Assembly (NCBI GenBank): GCA_012862495.1
Contig: BLSG01000125.1
Location: 11,646-75,153 of the forward strand
Direction of reading: 5' to 3'
DNA: 63,508 nucleotides
From: Thraustochytrium aureum
Taxonomy: Eukaryota
Made by a program: the position numbers and the translations under genes. Below, in pieces: positions 1 through 10,818 of this stretch (its first letter is position 1; each line of letters begins with the position of its first letter). Under the pieces are notes generated by a model. That model had not been told where the DNA came from and ran no database searches. It worked only from the letters and a program-made list of their open reading frames with translations.

Positions 1-432
1 GTATCGACGCGGAGCCGGGCCGGGCGAATCTACAACTCCGCCACGCGCGTCGGCACTCCGCAATGGCGCTGCAGCGTGGCGTGATCGAGAGCCACCTCAG
101 CCAAGCAAGCGCCATCCCCATCCTCGCGAAAAGGCCGCAACGAAGAAGAAGCCCACACACGAACTGTGCACCACTCGCGAAAACCATTTTCGGCGTAGAG
201 TAACGCGGAGTCTTGTGCGACTTCGCGAAAGGGCGGGCCGAGCAGCTCGTGGACTTGCTTGAAAGTTGAAACTGGCCCGAGCTGCATGCACGCGGCCCAC
301 GTTGACGCCGTTCGCGATCGTCAGTGCTCTGCTCTGGCAGGGGTTCCCTGGCAGTACCCGAAGCCGACCGCTCAAGCCGCGACCGCGACGCGCGAGCTGG
401 CCGTGCAGAATTGCTGTTTTCGGCTCGACGAG

Positions 433-1936
433 ATGGCGTTCGAGCAAGTCGCCGAGCTGTTTGCGGCGGTCGGGGCGCAAGACTACATCGGCGAGGCTGT
501 GACGCAAGAGCAGCACGCGCTGCAATGCGCCAAGTTCGCAAGCGACGCTGGGAGCGACGATGATACTGTGCTCGCGGCGCTGCTGCACGACGTTGGTCAC
601 CTCCTCGGGCTCAAGGACAAGGCGCTCAAACAGATGGAGGGCAACCTGGGCACCGTCGACCACGAGCGCATCGGCGCCTCGTTCCTGGTTACGCTGGGCC
701 TGCCGCGCAAGTCGGCCGAGCTCGTTCGCCGGCACGTCGACGCCAAGCGGTACCTGTGCTTCAAAAACCCGGCATACCACGCAAAGCTGTCCGAGGCCTC
801 GAAGGGCACTCTGGTGCAGCAGGGCGGGCCCATGGGCCAGGCCGAGGCGGAGGCCTTCGAGCAGGACCCGCTCATGGACACCATCATCAAGATGCGCACC
901 TGGGACGAAAAGGCCAAGGTCGTCGAGCCCACGTTTCACGTCCCGAGCTGGAGACGTACCGGCCCATGTTCGAAAGCNNNNNNNNNNNNNNNNNNNNNNN
1001 NNNNNNNNNNNNNNNNNNNNNNNNNNNNNNNNNNNNNNNNNNNNNNNNNNNNNNNNNNNNNNNNNNNAGACGTACCGGCCCATGTTCGAAAGCGCCGTGC
1101 GCCGCGCCGCAGAGGCCCTCGCAGCCAAGCCGTTCCCGCACTACAAGCTCACCCCGGAGCAGCTCGCATTCTACCAGGACAACGGCTTCATCAAGCTCTC
1201 GGACCTCCTCACGGAGCAGCTCAAGCAGGACGTCGTTGCTTGGGTGGACGACATCCAGTCCTGGCCCGAGACCCCCGGCAAGCACATGTGCTACCACGAG
1301 CGCGCCACCGACGGCTCGCTCATGCTCTGCCGCACGGAAACTTTATTCCTTACCACGAGCAGCTGCGCAACTTGCTGGCCGGCCCGGGCCCGGTCATGGA
1401 CGTGCTCGAGCAGCTCATGGGCGAGCCTGCGGTCCTCTTCAAGGAAAAGGTCAACTACAAGCTCGCTGGCGGCGGGGGCTTTCCCGCGCACCAGGACGCG
1501 CCTGCCTTCACTTCGTTTGGGCAGCGCAACCACCTCACGTTCAACGTCGCCGTGGACGCCGCCACCCCAGAAAACGGCTGCCTCCAAGTCGCGCCAGGCC
1601 ACCACCGCCGTGGCCTCTTCCCCGCAAGACCCGGTTCACCTGGGCTTGAGCGCCGAGGAGGAGGCTGCTCTCGACAACTGGATTGATGTCCCGCTCGACT
1701 CTGGCGACGTGCTCATCTTCTCGAGCTGGCTGCCGCACCGCAGCCAAGGCAACAACTCGGCTGCCTCCCGCCGCGCACTTTACATCACCTACAACGGCAA
1801 GACGGACGGTGATTATCGCGACAAGTACTACGAGGTCAAGCGCATGGCGTTCCCGCAGGCCTGCGAGCGCGAGGAGGGCAAGGACTACTCGGAAGGGGCC
1901 AAGACGTTCAACATTGCCACGCCCATCGTGTCTTGA
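433..1936 (+). CDS. PhnZ-like HD-domain oxygenase fused to PhnY-like PhyH (Fe/2OG) dioxygenase; reconstructed across a false gap and about 3 indels
   Basis: ATG at 433. The N-half has DYIGEAVTQEQHALQCA..AALLHDVGH..DHERIGA..HVDAKRYL..LSEASKGTLVQQGG..RTWDEKAK (PhnZ/TmpB motifs). The C-half has LFKEKVNYKLAGGGGFPAHQD..ENGCL..GDVLIFSSWLPHRS..RRALY (PhyH HxD...H triad). The gap 978-1067 is flanked by the same ~26 nt (agacgtaccggcccatgttcgaaagc). Frame switches near 948, 1340 and 1621. Confidence 0.88.
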
Positions 1937-2107
1937 GAGCGCGGAAAAGCGGGGCCCTTGCGCTCCGTCCGCAGCCAAGCCAAGCCCGGCGCTTGCCTGA
2001 TGGAGGCGATCTCATTCGTAAATTGCAGTCATTGTCACTTTTGCGTGTTTTGCCTACCCAACTGGGACCACGCTGCCGGGCCGCACGGCGGCGCTCTGCT
2101 GCCCAGC

Positions 2108-5100
2108 TCAAGGTCGCGGCGCCGTTCGAGCCAGAGTAGTGGCGCGCGTCAAGGCTCGCAGCGGCACTCCACTTGCTGGCACACTGCGCAGCACTTGCAG
2201 GCCATTGACACGTAGCCGCAGCGCTGGCACATGCGCCGCGGGTCGGCGCGGATGTCGGTCTTGGGCCGCCGGCATCTCGTACGTGAAACCCTGGACGACC
2301 TGCCGCATCGAGCCGACCGCTCGATCGTACGTCTCGCGCAGCATAACAGAGTTTTGACCCTGCGTTTGGTACGCATCCTTCCTGTTCAAATACTCGCGCG
2401 TTTCCGCGGTGCGCGCCATAAACTCGTCGCGCCCCCTGTAGAGTTGGCGCTTCTTGCTGGATATTGACGACACCCGGTCAAGCGGGTTCTTGGGATAGCG
2501 CACCGGGGTGCGCTTCTCGAATTGGACGCGCTTGAGCGTCTTGCGCCGCACGTCCTTCACGCGCCACCGCGACCGCTGCTCGCGCACCATTCGCGCACGG
2601 TGCGTTGCAAACCGCCAAGTGCACTCGGCCAATTCCTTTGCGCGCCAGGTCTCCATCAGAGCAACGAGTTCAACGCGACGCGCCTCGGCGTCCGCCTCCA
2701 GCTCTTCCAGCTCGAAACGCAACTCTTCCACGTCCTCCGCAATGTCGGCGCTTTGCAGCTTTTTGGACAGCAGCTCTTCGCTCGCCATAGCGATCATATT
2801 CGTCAACTGCTCAATCTCGGTCTCGTACGCTTCTGCCCACGGAATCAGGCTCTCGTCCTCAGGGTCGAGTTTCTCCAGCTCGTGCTCGACCTCTGGGAGG
2901 CGGCGCTCCATGTCGCGCTGCTCCGCCTTGATCTTGCGCCGAGCCTTGCGTGTCTTGCCCAAGTACCGCAGCTTGCGATCCCGATCGCGCTTCACTGCAG
3001 CGATGTCCACCGCAATGTCCTCCAGGTCCAGCTCGATCAGTTCGAGGTCCAGATAGTGTATCTCGCGCTCTGCTTCGCGCTTCGCGGCGCGCTTCTCGCG
3101 CGCCTGGCGAGTCCGCCGCCAGAACCGCTGAATAAAGCGCGTCGCCCACAGCCGACGCCCGATGTGGCTACGCATCTTGGCGCGAAAGACTGCCCGGCCA
3201 AGGAACCCGCGAAAGGCCGCTTGGAGCCGCGTCGCCAAACGGGACTTGTACTCCAAAGCCAGCCTGTCAATCGTCTCCCTTGCATGGCGCTTTGCAATCA
3301 CGGCACGCCACGCCGCCTGGACGACCGAGACCGCGGCATCCTGGGAGCGAACGACGCGAAACCATCTCCGGGCCTGCAGCCCCTTCCAGGCGGCCTGGAT
3401 TTTTGACGCAGCCGGCATCTGCACTGCCTCAAAGTGGTGCTCGCGCGCGCGCAATGCAAACAGGGACCGGCAGATCCTGCCGCGCACGACAGCGGCTATC
3501 TTGGTCGCCGCGACCTCCCGGTGCCGCGTTGCCTGCAAGGTGTCGACGCGGCGGCGGACAATGCGACCCCGCAGCACGCGCTGCAACGCGGTCGACGCGT
3601 ATCGCTGCACCCGTAGATCGAGCAAGACCTTGGAAGCTGCGCGGCGCCGAAACATTGCCTGCAAGAGCGTCGCAGACGGCACCACAACCTCGCGGTGGTG
3701 CTTTTCCTGGCGGACCATTCGCGCCAAGGCGCGGCCTTGCATGCCATGGTAGACGCGCTGTATCAGGCGCACAGCTGGCACAATGGTGCCATCGTGGAAG
3801 GCACGAGCAAGCATCCGTTTGTACTCGGACCGCGCAAGGTATCCACGGACGACGCATTGGGCCTTCACGGCAGCCCAGTTGTCGCGCTTGCGCCACCTGA
3901 GGAGGCTGCGTGTCAGCCCTCCTCGCACAACAGACTGGATCTTAGTGGACGCAGTGTTCACAAAAGCGCGGTACTGCCGCACGCGCCTCTGCGCAGTGAC
4001 CATGTGCCAGAGGCGCTGTAGCCGCTCTGCGGCTGCGTTCGCGATTCGCTTCCAGGCGGCGGCACGGCGCCGCCCGAGCATCCCGCGAACAAGCCGCGTC
4101 AGCAGAAGCGCAAAGCGCTCGAGGCGCAGCTGGTTTCGCACGAGAACTGGGAACCACTTTGCGCGAAATGCGCCTTGGAGGCTCCGAGCGGCAAGAGTCG
4201 CAACGCGCTTGTGCTTGGCAAGTTTGAGCTCTGGCGTCTCTGTCACGGCGACCGCAGTTAGAGCGTTGCGCCGGGACGGCTGCTTGAGCGTCTCGGAACG
4301 GCTGGCTGCGCGCCGCTCCTCTGCCATGGCCTTGTCCTGCACCATTCGCTTTGCCTCCTCCGACAGGCTGCTGTACAGGGCCGACTCGGATGCGACAAGC
4401 CGGCTGACCTCCTTGGACGAAATCGGCGCGAGCCGGTGCGCTACGCGCTTCTGGCCCTTCGCTACGCGTGCGGCTATCTTGGAGGGCAGCGGGCTCTTTG
4501 GCTCTGCGCCGGCGTGCGAGCCAGATCGGCAGACAAACTCAAACTGAACGGGCATCCACGAAAACATGCCCAAGCCTCGAACCGCCGGGCCAACGCACGT
4601 CACCCCTCGAATTCGTTCAACCCAAGCTGAGACTCGAATCGCNNNNNNNNNNNNNNNNNNNNNNNNNNNNNNNNNNNNNNNNNNNNNNNNNNNNNNNNNN
4701 NNNNNNNNNNNNNNNNNNNNNNNNNNNNNNNNNNNNNNNNNNNNNNNNNNNNNNNNNNNNNNNNNNNNNNNNNNNNNNNNNNNNNNNNNNNNNNNNNNNN
4801 NNNNNNNNNNNNNNNNNNNNNNNNNNNNNNNNNNNNNNNNNNNNNNNNNNNNNNNNNNNNNNNNNNNNNNNNNNNNNNNNNNNNNNNNNNNNNNNNNNNN
4901 NNNNNNNNNNNNNNNNNNNNNNNNNNNNNNNNNNNNNNNNNNNNNNNNNNNNNNNNNNNNNNNNNNNNNNNNNNNNNNNNNNNNNNNNNNNNNNNNNNNN
5001 NNNNNNNNNNNNNNNNNNNNNNNNNNNNNNNNNNNNNNNNNNNNNNNNNNNNNNNNNNNNNNNNNNNNNNNNNNNNNNNNNNNNNNNNNNNNNNNNNNNN

Positions 5101-5782
5101 NNNNNNNNNNNNNNNNNNNNNNNNNNNNNNNNNNNNNNNNNNNNNNNNNNNNNNNNNNNNNNNNNNNNNNCGCCTGCGTCACAGTTATTGTTTTGGGCGT
5201 GAGAAGGTGAGGACTGGGGACCTCCCCGGTACGGGACGCGTCTTCAACAGCCAGGAGCACCGCCTCGTGGCTGAGGTTCTCGAGGCGCGCCTCATTTACC
5301 TTGACCAGGCAAGCGCCCAATTGGAGAAGACCACTTCCAAGCGCCGCGCTTTCCAGCCCGGGGGCGACGCGCGGGAATCCCGTCACCGCCAGAGCGGACC
5401 CGTTCCAACCAAGCGACAAGCCGACAGAGCCCCCAACGAGCTTGACGCTCACGTGGTCTGCTTCACTTGACACGTGCACTACCTCGCCTTGCTGCGCCGA
5501 GACTTGTTCAGGGTTGTCCTCCTTTGCCCTTGGCCGTTTTCTCCGCTTCCGCCGCACCTTCTTGGCCTTTTTCCCACCCAAAGCCCTTTTCTTCTTGGTC
5601 GTCTTGACTCCGGTGCTCGGCGCCTGGGCGACCACCGGCTCCCCGCGCTCTTCGCGCTCGTCCGGCTCCTCTTCGCCAGCCGCTCCAGCAACCGGTGGAA
5701 GAACTACGCGGTCCCGGTCCCCGTCCTGTCCACCATCATCGCGCCGTGCGGCAGCTCGACTTGCATCGAGACCGCGAGGCAT
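2108..5782 (-). CDS. Large IQ-motif (calmodulin-binding) and coiled-coil protein with a possible PDZ-like N-terminal segment; contains a gap
   Basis: Repeated IQ-like motifs (KIQSVVRGGLTR, LIQRVYHGMQGR, LQRVLRGRIVR, KIQAAWKGLQAR, LQAAFRGFLGR, FIQRFWR) followed by an E/K/R-rich coiled coil. The true C-terminus may be the Cys-rich MCQRCG..CKCCAVC..CRC stretch in the 2149-2376 frame via an indel near 2270. Confidence 0.75.
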   Translation of the reverse strand: MPRGLDASRAAARRDDGGQDGDRDRVVLPPVAGAAGEEEPDEREERGEPVVAQAPSTGVKTTKKKRALGGKKAKKVRRKRRKRPRAKEDNPEQVSAQQGEVVHVSSEADHVSVKLVGGSVGLSLGWNGSALAVTGFPRVAPGLESAALGSGLLQLGACLVKVNEARLENLSHEAVLLAVEDASRTGEVPSPHLLTPKTITVTQAXXXXXXXXXXXXXXXXXXXXXXXXXXXXXXXXXXXXXXXXXXXXXXXXXXXXXXXXXXXXXXXXXXXXXXXXXXXXXXXXXXXXXXXXXXXXXXXXXXXXXXXXXXXXXXXXXXXXXXXXXXXXXXXXXXXXXXXXXXXXXXXXXXXXXXXXXXXXXXXXXXXXXXXXXXXXXXXXAIRVSAWVERIRGVTCVGPAVRGLGMFSWMPVQFEFVCRSGSHAGAEPKSPLPSKIAARVAKGQKRVAHRLAPISSKEVSRLVASESALYSSLSEEAKRMVQDKAMAEERRAASRSETLKQPSRRNALTAVAVTETPELKLAKHKRVATLAARSLQGAFRAKWFPVLVRNQLRLERFALLLTRLVRGMLGRRRAAAWKRIANAAAERLQRLWHMVTAQRRVRQYRAFVNTASTKIQSVVRGGLTRSLLRWRKRDNWAAVKAQCVVRGYLARSEYKRMLARAFHDGTIVPAVRLIQRVYHGMQGRALARMVRQEKHHREVVVPSATLLQAMFRRRAASKVLLDLRVQRYASTALQRVLRGRIVRRRVDTLQATRHREVAATKIAAVVRGRICRSLFALRAREHHFEAVQMPAASKIQAAWKGLQARRWFRVVRSQDAAVSVVQAAWRAVIAKRHARETIDRLALEYKSRLATRLQAAFRGFLGRAVFRAKMRSHIGRRLWATRFIQRFWRRTRQAREKRAAKREAEREIHYLDLELIELDLEDIAVDIAAVKRDRDRKLRYLGKTRKARRKIKAEQRDMERRLPEVEHELEKLDPEDESLIPWAEAYETEIEQLTNMIAMASEELLSKKLQSADIAEDVEELRFELEELEADAEARRVELVALMETWRAKELAECTWRFATHRARMVREQRSRWRVKDVRRKTLKRVQFEKRTPVRYPKNPLDRVSSISSKKRQLYRGRDEFMARTAETREYLNRKDAYQTQGQNSVMLRETYDRAVGSMRQVVQGFTYEMPAAQDRHPRRPAAHVPALRLRVNGLQVLRSVPASGVPLRALTRATTLARTAPRP

Positions 5783-5874
5783 CGAGGCCCGAGGCCGTCC
5801 TTCGCCGCGCAGCTCACCAGCAGGCCCGTCATGATCGGTTGCAAAGGCCTTCGCCGTCTCCCACGGCGGGTGCT

Positions 5875-5975
5875 CGAGTTGCTGGTACTGGAGTTGCCGG
5901 AGTTGTTGGAGTTGCCGGAGTTGTTGGTGTCGCTGGAGTTGTTGGTGCTGCTTGCGTTACTGCGGTTGTGCGTGT
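5875..5975. repeat. Degenerate 9-nt tandem repeat (ggagttgcc/ggagttgtt)
   Basis: gagttgccggagttgttggagttgccggagttgttgg... seen directly, upstream of the IQ gene. Confidence 0.7.
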
Positions 5976-7211
5976 TGCTGCTCCGTGAGCTCGAGTTGCT
6001 CCTGCTGGTGCCACGCTCGCCCTCCATCCAGGACGCGAAGCCGACCGTTCGCTGCGCCCAAGCGCGCGATTGGTCTGCGCACTGCCCGCTCGCTCGCTTT
6101 TGGTGGTACCGTTACTTGCCAGATAGAGCCGTTGTAGATAGAGCCGTTGGAATGGGAGCCGTTCCGGTGCGGGGACACATTTGGCTTGCCCTGGCGCGGG
6201 GGTCTCGCGATCGGTGGGGTCTCGCTCGCGATGCGCTTGGGTTGCCGCGCGGATGTGCTTGGCGTGGAGTCACTGTGGGTGCCTGGGGTTGCCCTGCCCG
6301 TCGCCTGCGGCTGTGCCCTGGCTGTGCCGTCTGAATTGTAGCTTTTGGGAGGCAGCCTGACACCGAAGGACCTCCCAACGTTGCGGGTGCTGGACTACGC
6401 CTTTCCCGACTCTTCGCACGTTCCTCATGCCCCTTAGCCTTTGAAGGGCCGCCGGGAGTTCAGGATGCTGTCCGCCTTTGGGGTGCGTGATCCTGGCTTT
6501 CATGGTGCAGCTCGACCGATTCAGCAAGGTTCCACGCTACGGCCTGCCCATTCCTGCGTCTTGCGGCTCGAGAAGTCGACGCTTCGGGCCGTTCTGTACA
6601 GTGTAAGCGAGGCAGACTATGTTCGCTCGACGAGCAACTATGGTTCTGCTGTGGCGGGAGTTCATTCGAGGAAGCGGGGCCAGCGACTCGCTGAACTGCA
6701 CAGCCGCGCGAGCGATCGCGATTTGCGAGCATTCGATGCGGTTAACAGGCCGGCGCTCGCAAGTCAGCAGCGCGACACTGTCGCGCCCGGGAGCCAACTC
6801 ACACCAGCGACGCAAGAGCCGCGCTAGGTGCTTTCACGGACAGAATCACGCAAGCAACAAGCAGGAAAGCAGGAAAGGAAGCAGGAAAGGAAGCAGGGAA
6901 AGAAAGAAAGACAAACAGACACAAAGCAAAGGAATCAGGCTGCGCCGCCGTCGCTCGCGGCATCGCTTTCCGGCGCACGAAGCCTGCAGCATCCACACCC
7001 ACGCGGCAACAAATGCTTCCGAAACATCAACCATCCGATGCCTGCGCCACCTTTTTCTCCACCTTTATTTAGTACGTAGTTGTAAACTAGTAGTAGAAAA
7101 TGGCGACAAAGGGAAAGAGCCTTTGTTCGTTAGGTTTTGTCACACTTGCGGGAGGTGCACGAGTCCAGCTCCTCCAGTGCTGCATCGCGAGTCGCGAGTG
7201 GCGCCAGGAGG

Positions 7212-7783
7212 ATGTGCAGGCTGACGGCGTACGTGGGGCCGACGCTCACGATCGCCGATCTTGTGACACGGCCAGAGCGCAGCGTGATCCGGCAGTCGTT
7301 CGACGCGCGCGAGCGGCTTGGCGGGGATGGCGGCGAGGTGTACGACGTCGGCGCGCTCAACGCCGACGGGTTCGGGCTCGGTTGGTACCCGCAGGGGTGC
7401 AAAGACCCGACGCCGTGCGTGTTCACGGACGTCGGGCCGGCTTGGAACAACCGCAATCTGATCAACCTGGCGAGCAAGATCGCGAGCCATGTGATCTTTG
7501 CCCACGTCCGCGCGGCTGGACCAGGCATGGGGATCTGCAAGTGCAGCTGTCACCCGTTCGAGTACGGGCGGTACATCTTTATGCACAATGGACAGGTGGC
7601 GGGGTTTCGCAGCATCCGCCGCAGCGTGCTGGACAAGCTCGGGACACGCGCGTACAACTTTGCCATCGAAAACTCGTGCTCCGACTCGGCCGTCGCCTTT
7701 GCGGTCTTCATCGACCAGCTGGACGAAAGCGACACGTGCGGCACGCAGCGCATCCCCCCCTGCGCGCCTGCAAGAGATGCTGC
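7212..7783 (+). CDS. Class II glutamine amidotransferase, Dug3/EgtC family (N-terminal part, runs into a gap)
   Basis: MCRL start (Ntn nucleophile Cys2), LNADGFGLGWY, PAWNNRNL, IFAHVRAA, CHPFEYGRYIFMHNG. Confidence 0.88.
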
Positions 7784-8223
7784 NNNNNNNNNNNNNNNNN
7801 NNNNNNNNNNNNNNNNNNNNNNNNNNNNNNNNNNNNNNNNNNNNNNNNNNNNNNNNNNNNNNNNNNNNNNNNNNNNNNNNNNNNNNNNNNNNNNNNNNNN
7901 NNNNNNNNNNNNNNNNNNNNNNNNNNNNNNNNNNNNNNNNNNNNNNNNNNNNNNNNNNNNNNNNNNNNNNNNNNNNNNNNNNNNNNNNNNNNNNNNNNNN
8001 NNNNNNNNNNNNNNNNNNNNNNNNNNNNNNNNNNNNNNNNNNNNNNNNNNNNNNNNNNNNNNNNNNNNNNNNNNNNNNNNNNNNNNNNNNNNNNNNNNNN
8101 NNNNNNNNNNNNNNNNNNNNNNNNNNNNNNNNNNNNNNNNNNNNNNNNNNNNNNNNNNNNNNNNNNNNNNNNNNNNNNNNNNNNNNNNNNNNNNNNNNNN
8201 NNNNNNNNNNNNNNNNNNNNNNN

Positions 8224-9813
8224 ATCCCGAATGTTGGCGACATTCTGTCCCTGGCGGTGGACAGCGAGAACCGCCGCCTCTTGATCGGGTCGCAAGACTC
8301 GACCTTGCGCTCGTGCGAGCTCGCAAGACACTTTTCACCGGGCCAGACCATGGTCTTGGAGGCCCTGTCCGAGGACGACGACACTGCGAGCCGGGGGCGC
8401 GAGGCCGAAGGGGAGCCCGGGCTCGTGGAGCGATTTCCCGCGTTCAGAGCGGCGCCACCGCCGCCCGTGGAGGACTCTGCCGCGGTGCCTGGCCCGCTCG
8501 CGACGCGCCCCGGAACTTCCCACCTTGGCTACGTGCACGATGTCCTGGTCGCGCACGACTGGGTTGCTAGCGCCGGCGGAGACGGCATCGTCCGCCTCTG
8601 GGGCCGCCGCAGCAATGCCCTCATCGGCGCTCTGGCGGGGCACCGGGCCGCCGCCCTGGCCCTCGCGCTTAGCAGCTCATCGCTGTTCTCCGGCTCCGCA
8701 GACGCCACGATTCGCGTCTGGGACCTCGCATCGAGGGCTTGCCGTCGTGTACTGTTCTGCACGAGCCCGGTTCTCTGCGTCGCAGTGACCGCGACGAGCG
8801 CAAAGCCGGTGCTCATTTCGGGCCACTCTGACGAAACGCTGTGCATATGGAGCCTTCGCACGTTCCAGCTCTCGCGGCGCTTCACCAGCAGCATGGGGCC
8901 GGTGTACTCGATCGGCGTTCCCGCCGGCTCGATCGGGGAAGGAGAGTCCCCCTCGACGCTCCGGCTGCGCTCGCTTGTTGCGTGCGGAAGCGCGAGCGGG
9001 TCGGTGATATCATGGAGCTTGCGGCCGTCTGGGCCAGCGCTCTCCAGGTCGCGGTCCTCAACCCTTTTTCGGGGGCGGCTCAAACAACGAGGACCGCCTG
9101 CTCGCCGTCGAGAGCGCCATGGACGAGGTCCTGGCCGAGGAGTCGAGCGGGTTTGACGACGCCATGATCGAGGCGCTGCGCGAGCTGGTCCGCATCCGGA
9201 GCGTGAGCGCCAACCCTGTGATGCAGGAGGAGTGCTGGTTTTGCGCCAAGATACTCGCGCGCTTGCTGGAAAAATTCGGCTGTTCGGACGTCAAGATGGC
9301 CTTTGACGAGGACCCACAGCGCAGCGAGGCAGACCCGATCCTCCCTGTCGTGCTCGCCACGCTGGAGGCGAACAGGCCGGGCTCCCCCGCTCCCGCGTGC
9401 GCTCCGACAATCGTGTTTTACGGCCACTACGACGTCGTCGAGGCTGTCCCCGAGTCCTGGGAGACCGACCCTTGGGAGATGACGGGCCGAAATGGGTACC
9501 TTTATGGGCGGGGCTGCACCGACGACAAGGGCCCGTTGCTGGCCTGCTTCTTCGCGGCCAAGCAACTGCACGCGACAGGCGACCTGCCTTGCAACGTGAC
9601 CTTCCTGTTCGAGGGCCAGGAGGAGTGCGGGATGGGGCTAGCGCAGCGCGGCTTTGCCAACGTGGTGCACGCCAACAAGTCGTACTTTCGCAACACGGCG
9701 GGCGTGCTCATCAGCAACAACTATTGGATCGACGACTCCACGCCTTGCGTCACGTACGGGATGCGAGGCGTCATCGATCTCGCGGTCCGCGTCGACGGTC
9801 CCGCCAAAGACCT
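8224..9813 (+). CDS. WD40 repeats + M20 metallopeptidase domain (Dug2-like), partial; probably the continuation of the GATase ORF
   Basis: WD40 motifs: GSQDSTLR, HLGYVHDV..SAGGDGIVRLW, GHRAAALAL..FSGSADATIRVWD, SGHSDETLCIW. After a 1-nt indel at the T-run 9065-9069 the frame gives YGHYDVV..WETDPW..GYLYGRGCTDDKGP..FEGQEECG..SNNYW..PCVTYGMRG. Both ends lie in gaps. Confidence 0.85.
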
Positions 9814-10818
9814 NNNNNNNNNNNNNNNNNNNNNNNNNNNNNNNNNNNNNNNNNNNNNNNNNNNNNNNNNNNNNNNNNNNNNNNNNNNNNNNNNNNNNNN
9901 NNNNNNNNNNNNNNNNNNNNNNNNNNNNNNNNNNNNNNNNNNNNNNNNNNNNNNNNNNNNNNNNNNNNNNNNNNNNNNNNNNNNNNNNNNNNNNNNNNNN
10001 NNNNNNNNNNNNNNNNNNNNNNNNNNNNNNNNNNNNNNNNNNNNNNNNNNNNNNNNNNNNNNNNNNNNNNNNNNNNNNNNNNNNNNNNNNNNNNNNNNNN
10101 NNNNNNNNNNNNNNNNNNNNNNNNNNNNNNNNNNNNNNNNNNNNNNNNNNNNNNNNNNNNNNNNNNNNNNNNNNNNNNNNNNNNNNNNNNNNNNNNNNNN
10201 NNNNNNNNNNNNNNNNNNNNNNNNNNNNNNNNNNNNNNNNNNNNNNNNNNNNNNNNNNNNNNNNNNNNNNNNNNNNNNNNNNNNNNNNNNNNNNNNNNNN
10301 NNNNNNNNNNNNNNNNNNNNNNNNNNNNNNNNNNNNNNNNNNNNNNNNNNNNNNNNNNNNNNNNNNNNNNNNNNNNNNNNNNNNNNNNNNNNNNNNNNNN
10401 NNNNNNNNNNNNNNNNNNNNNNNNNNNNNNNNNNNNNNNNNNNNNNNNNNNNNNNNNNNNNNNNNNNNNNNNNNNNNNNNNNNNNNNNNNNNNNNNNNNN
10501 NNNNNNNNNNNNNNNNNNNNNNNNNNNNNNNNNNNNNNNNNNNNNNNNNNNNNNNNNNNNNNNNNNNNNNNNNNNNNNNNNNNNNNNNNNNNNNNNNNNN
10601 NNNNNNNNNNNNNNNNNNNNNNNNNNNNNNNNNNNNNNNNNNNNNNNNNNNNNNNNNNNNNNNNNNNNNNNNNNNNNNNNNNNNNNNNNNNNNNNNNNNN
10701 NNNNNNNNNNNNNNNNNNNNGCCTCGCAGCGCGCGCGGCGAAGCGGGCCGCGGCGCACGATGGCGCCGCATGCATTGGAAGGCGGGGCCGGCACGCTGGG
10801 CTGGCGCGAACGCGCACG

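Noticed and set aside
951..1093. Direct repeats flanking N-gaps (here and at 30711-31057) resembling target-site duplications
   Set aside because: They are overlapping contig ends in a scaffold; collapsing them restores continuous coding sequence
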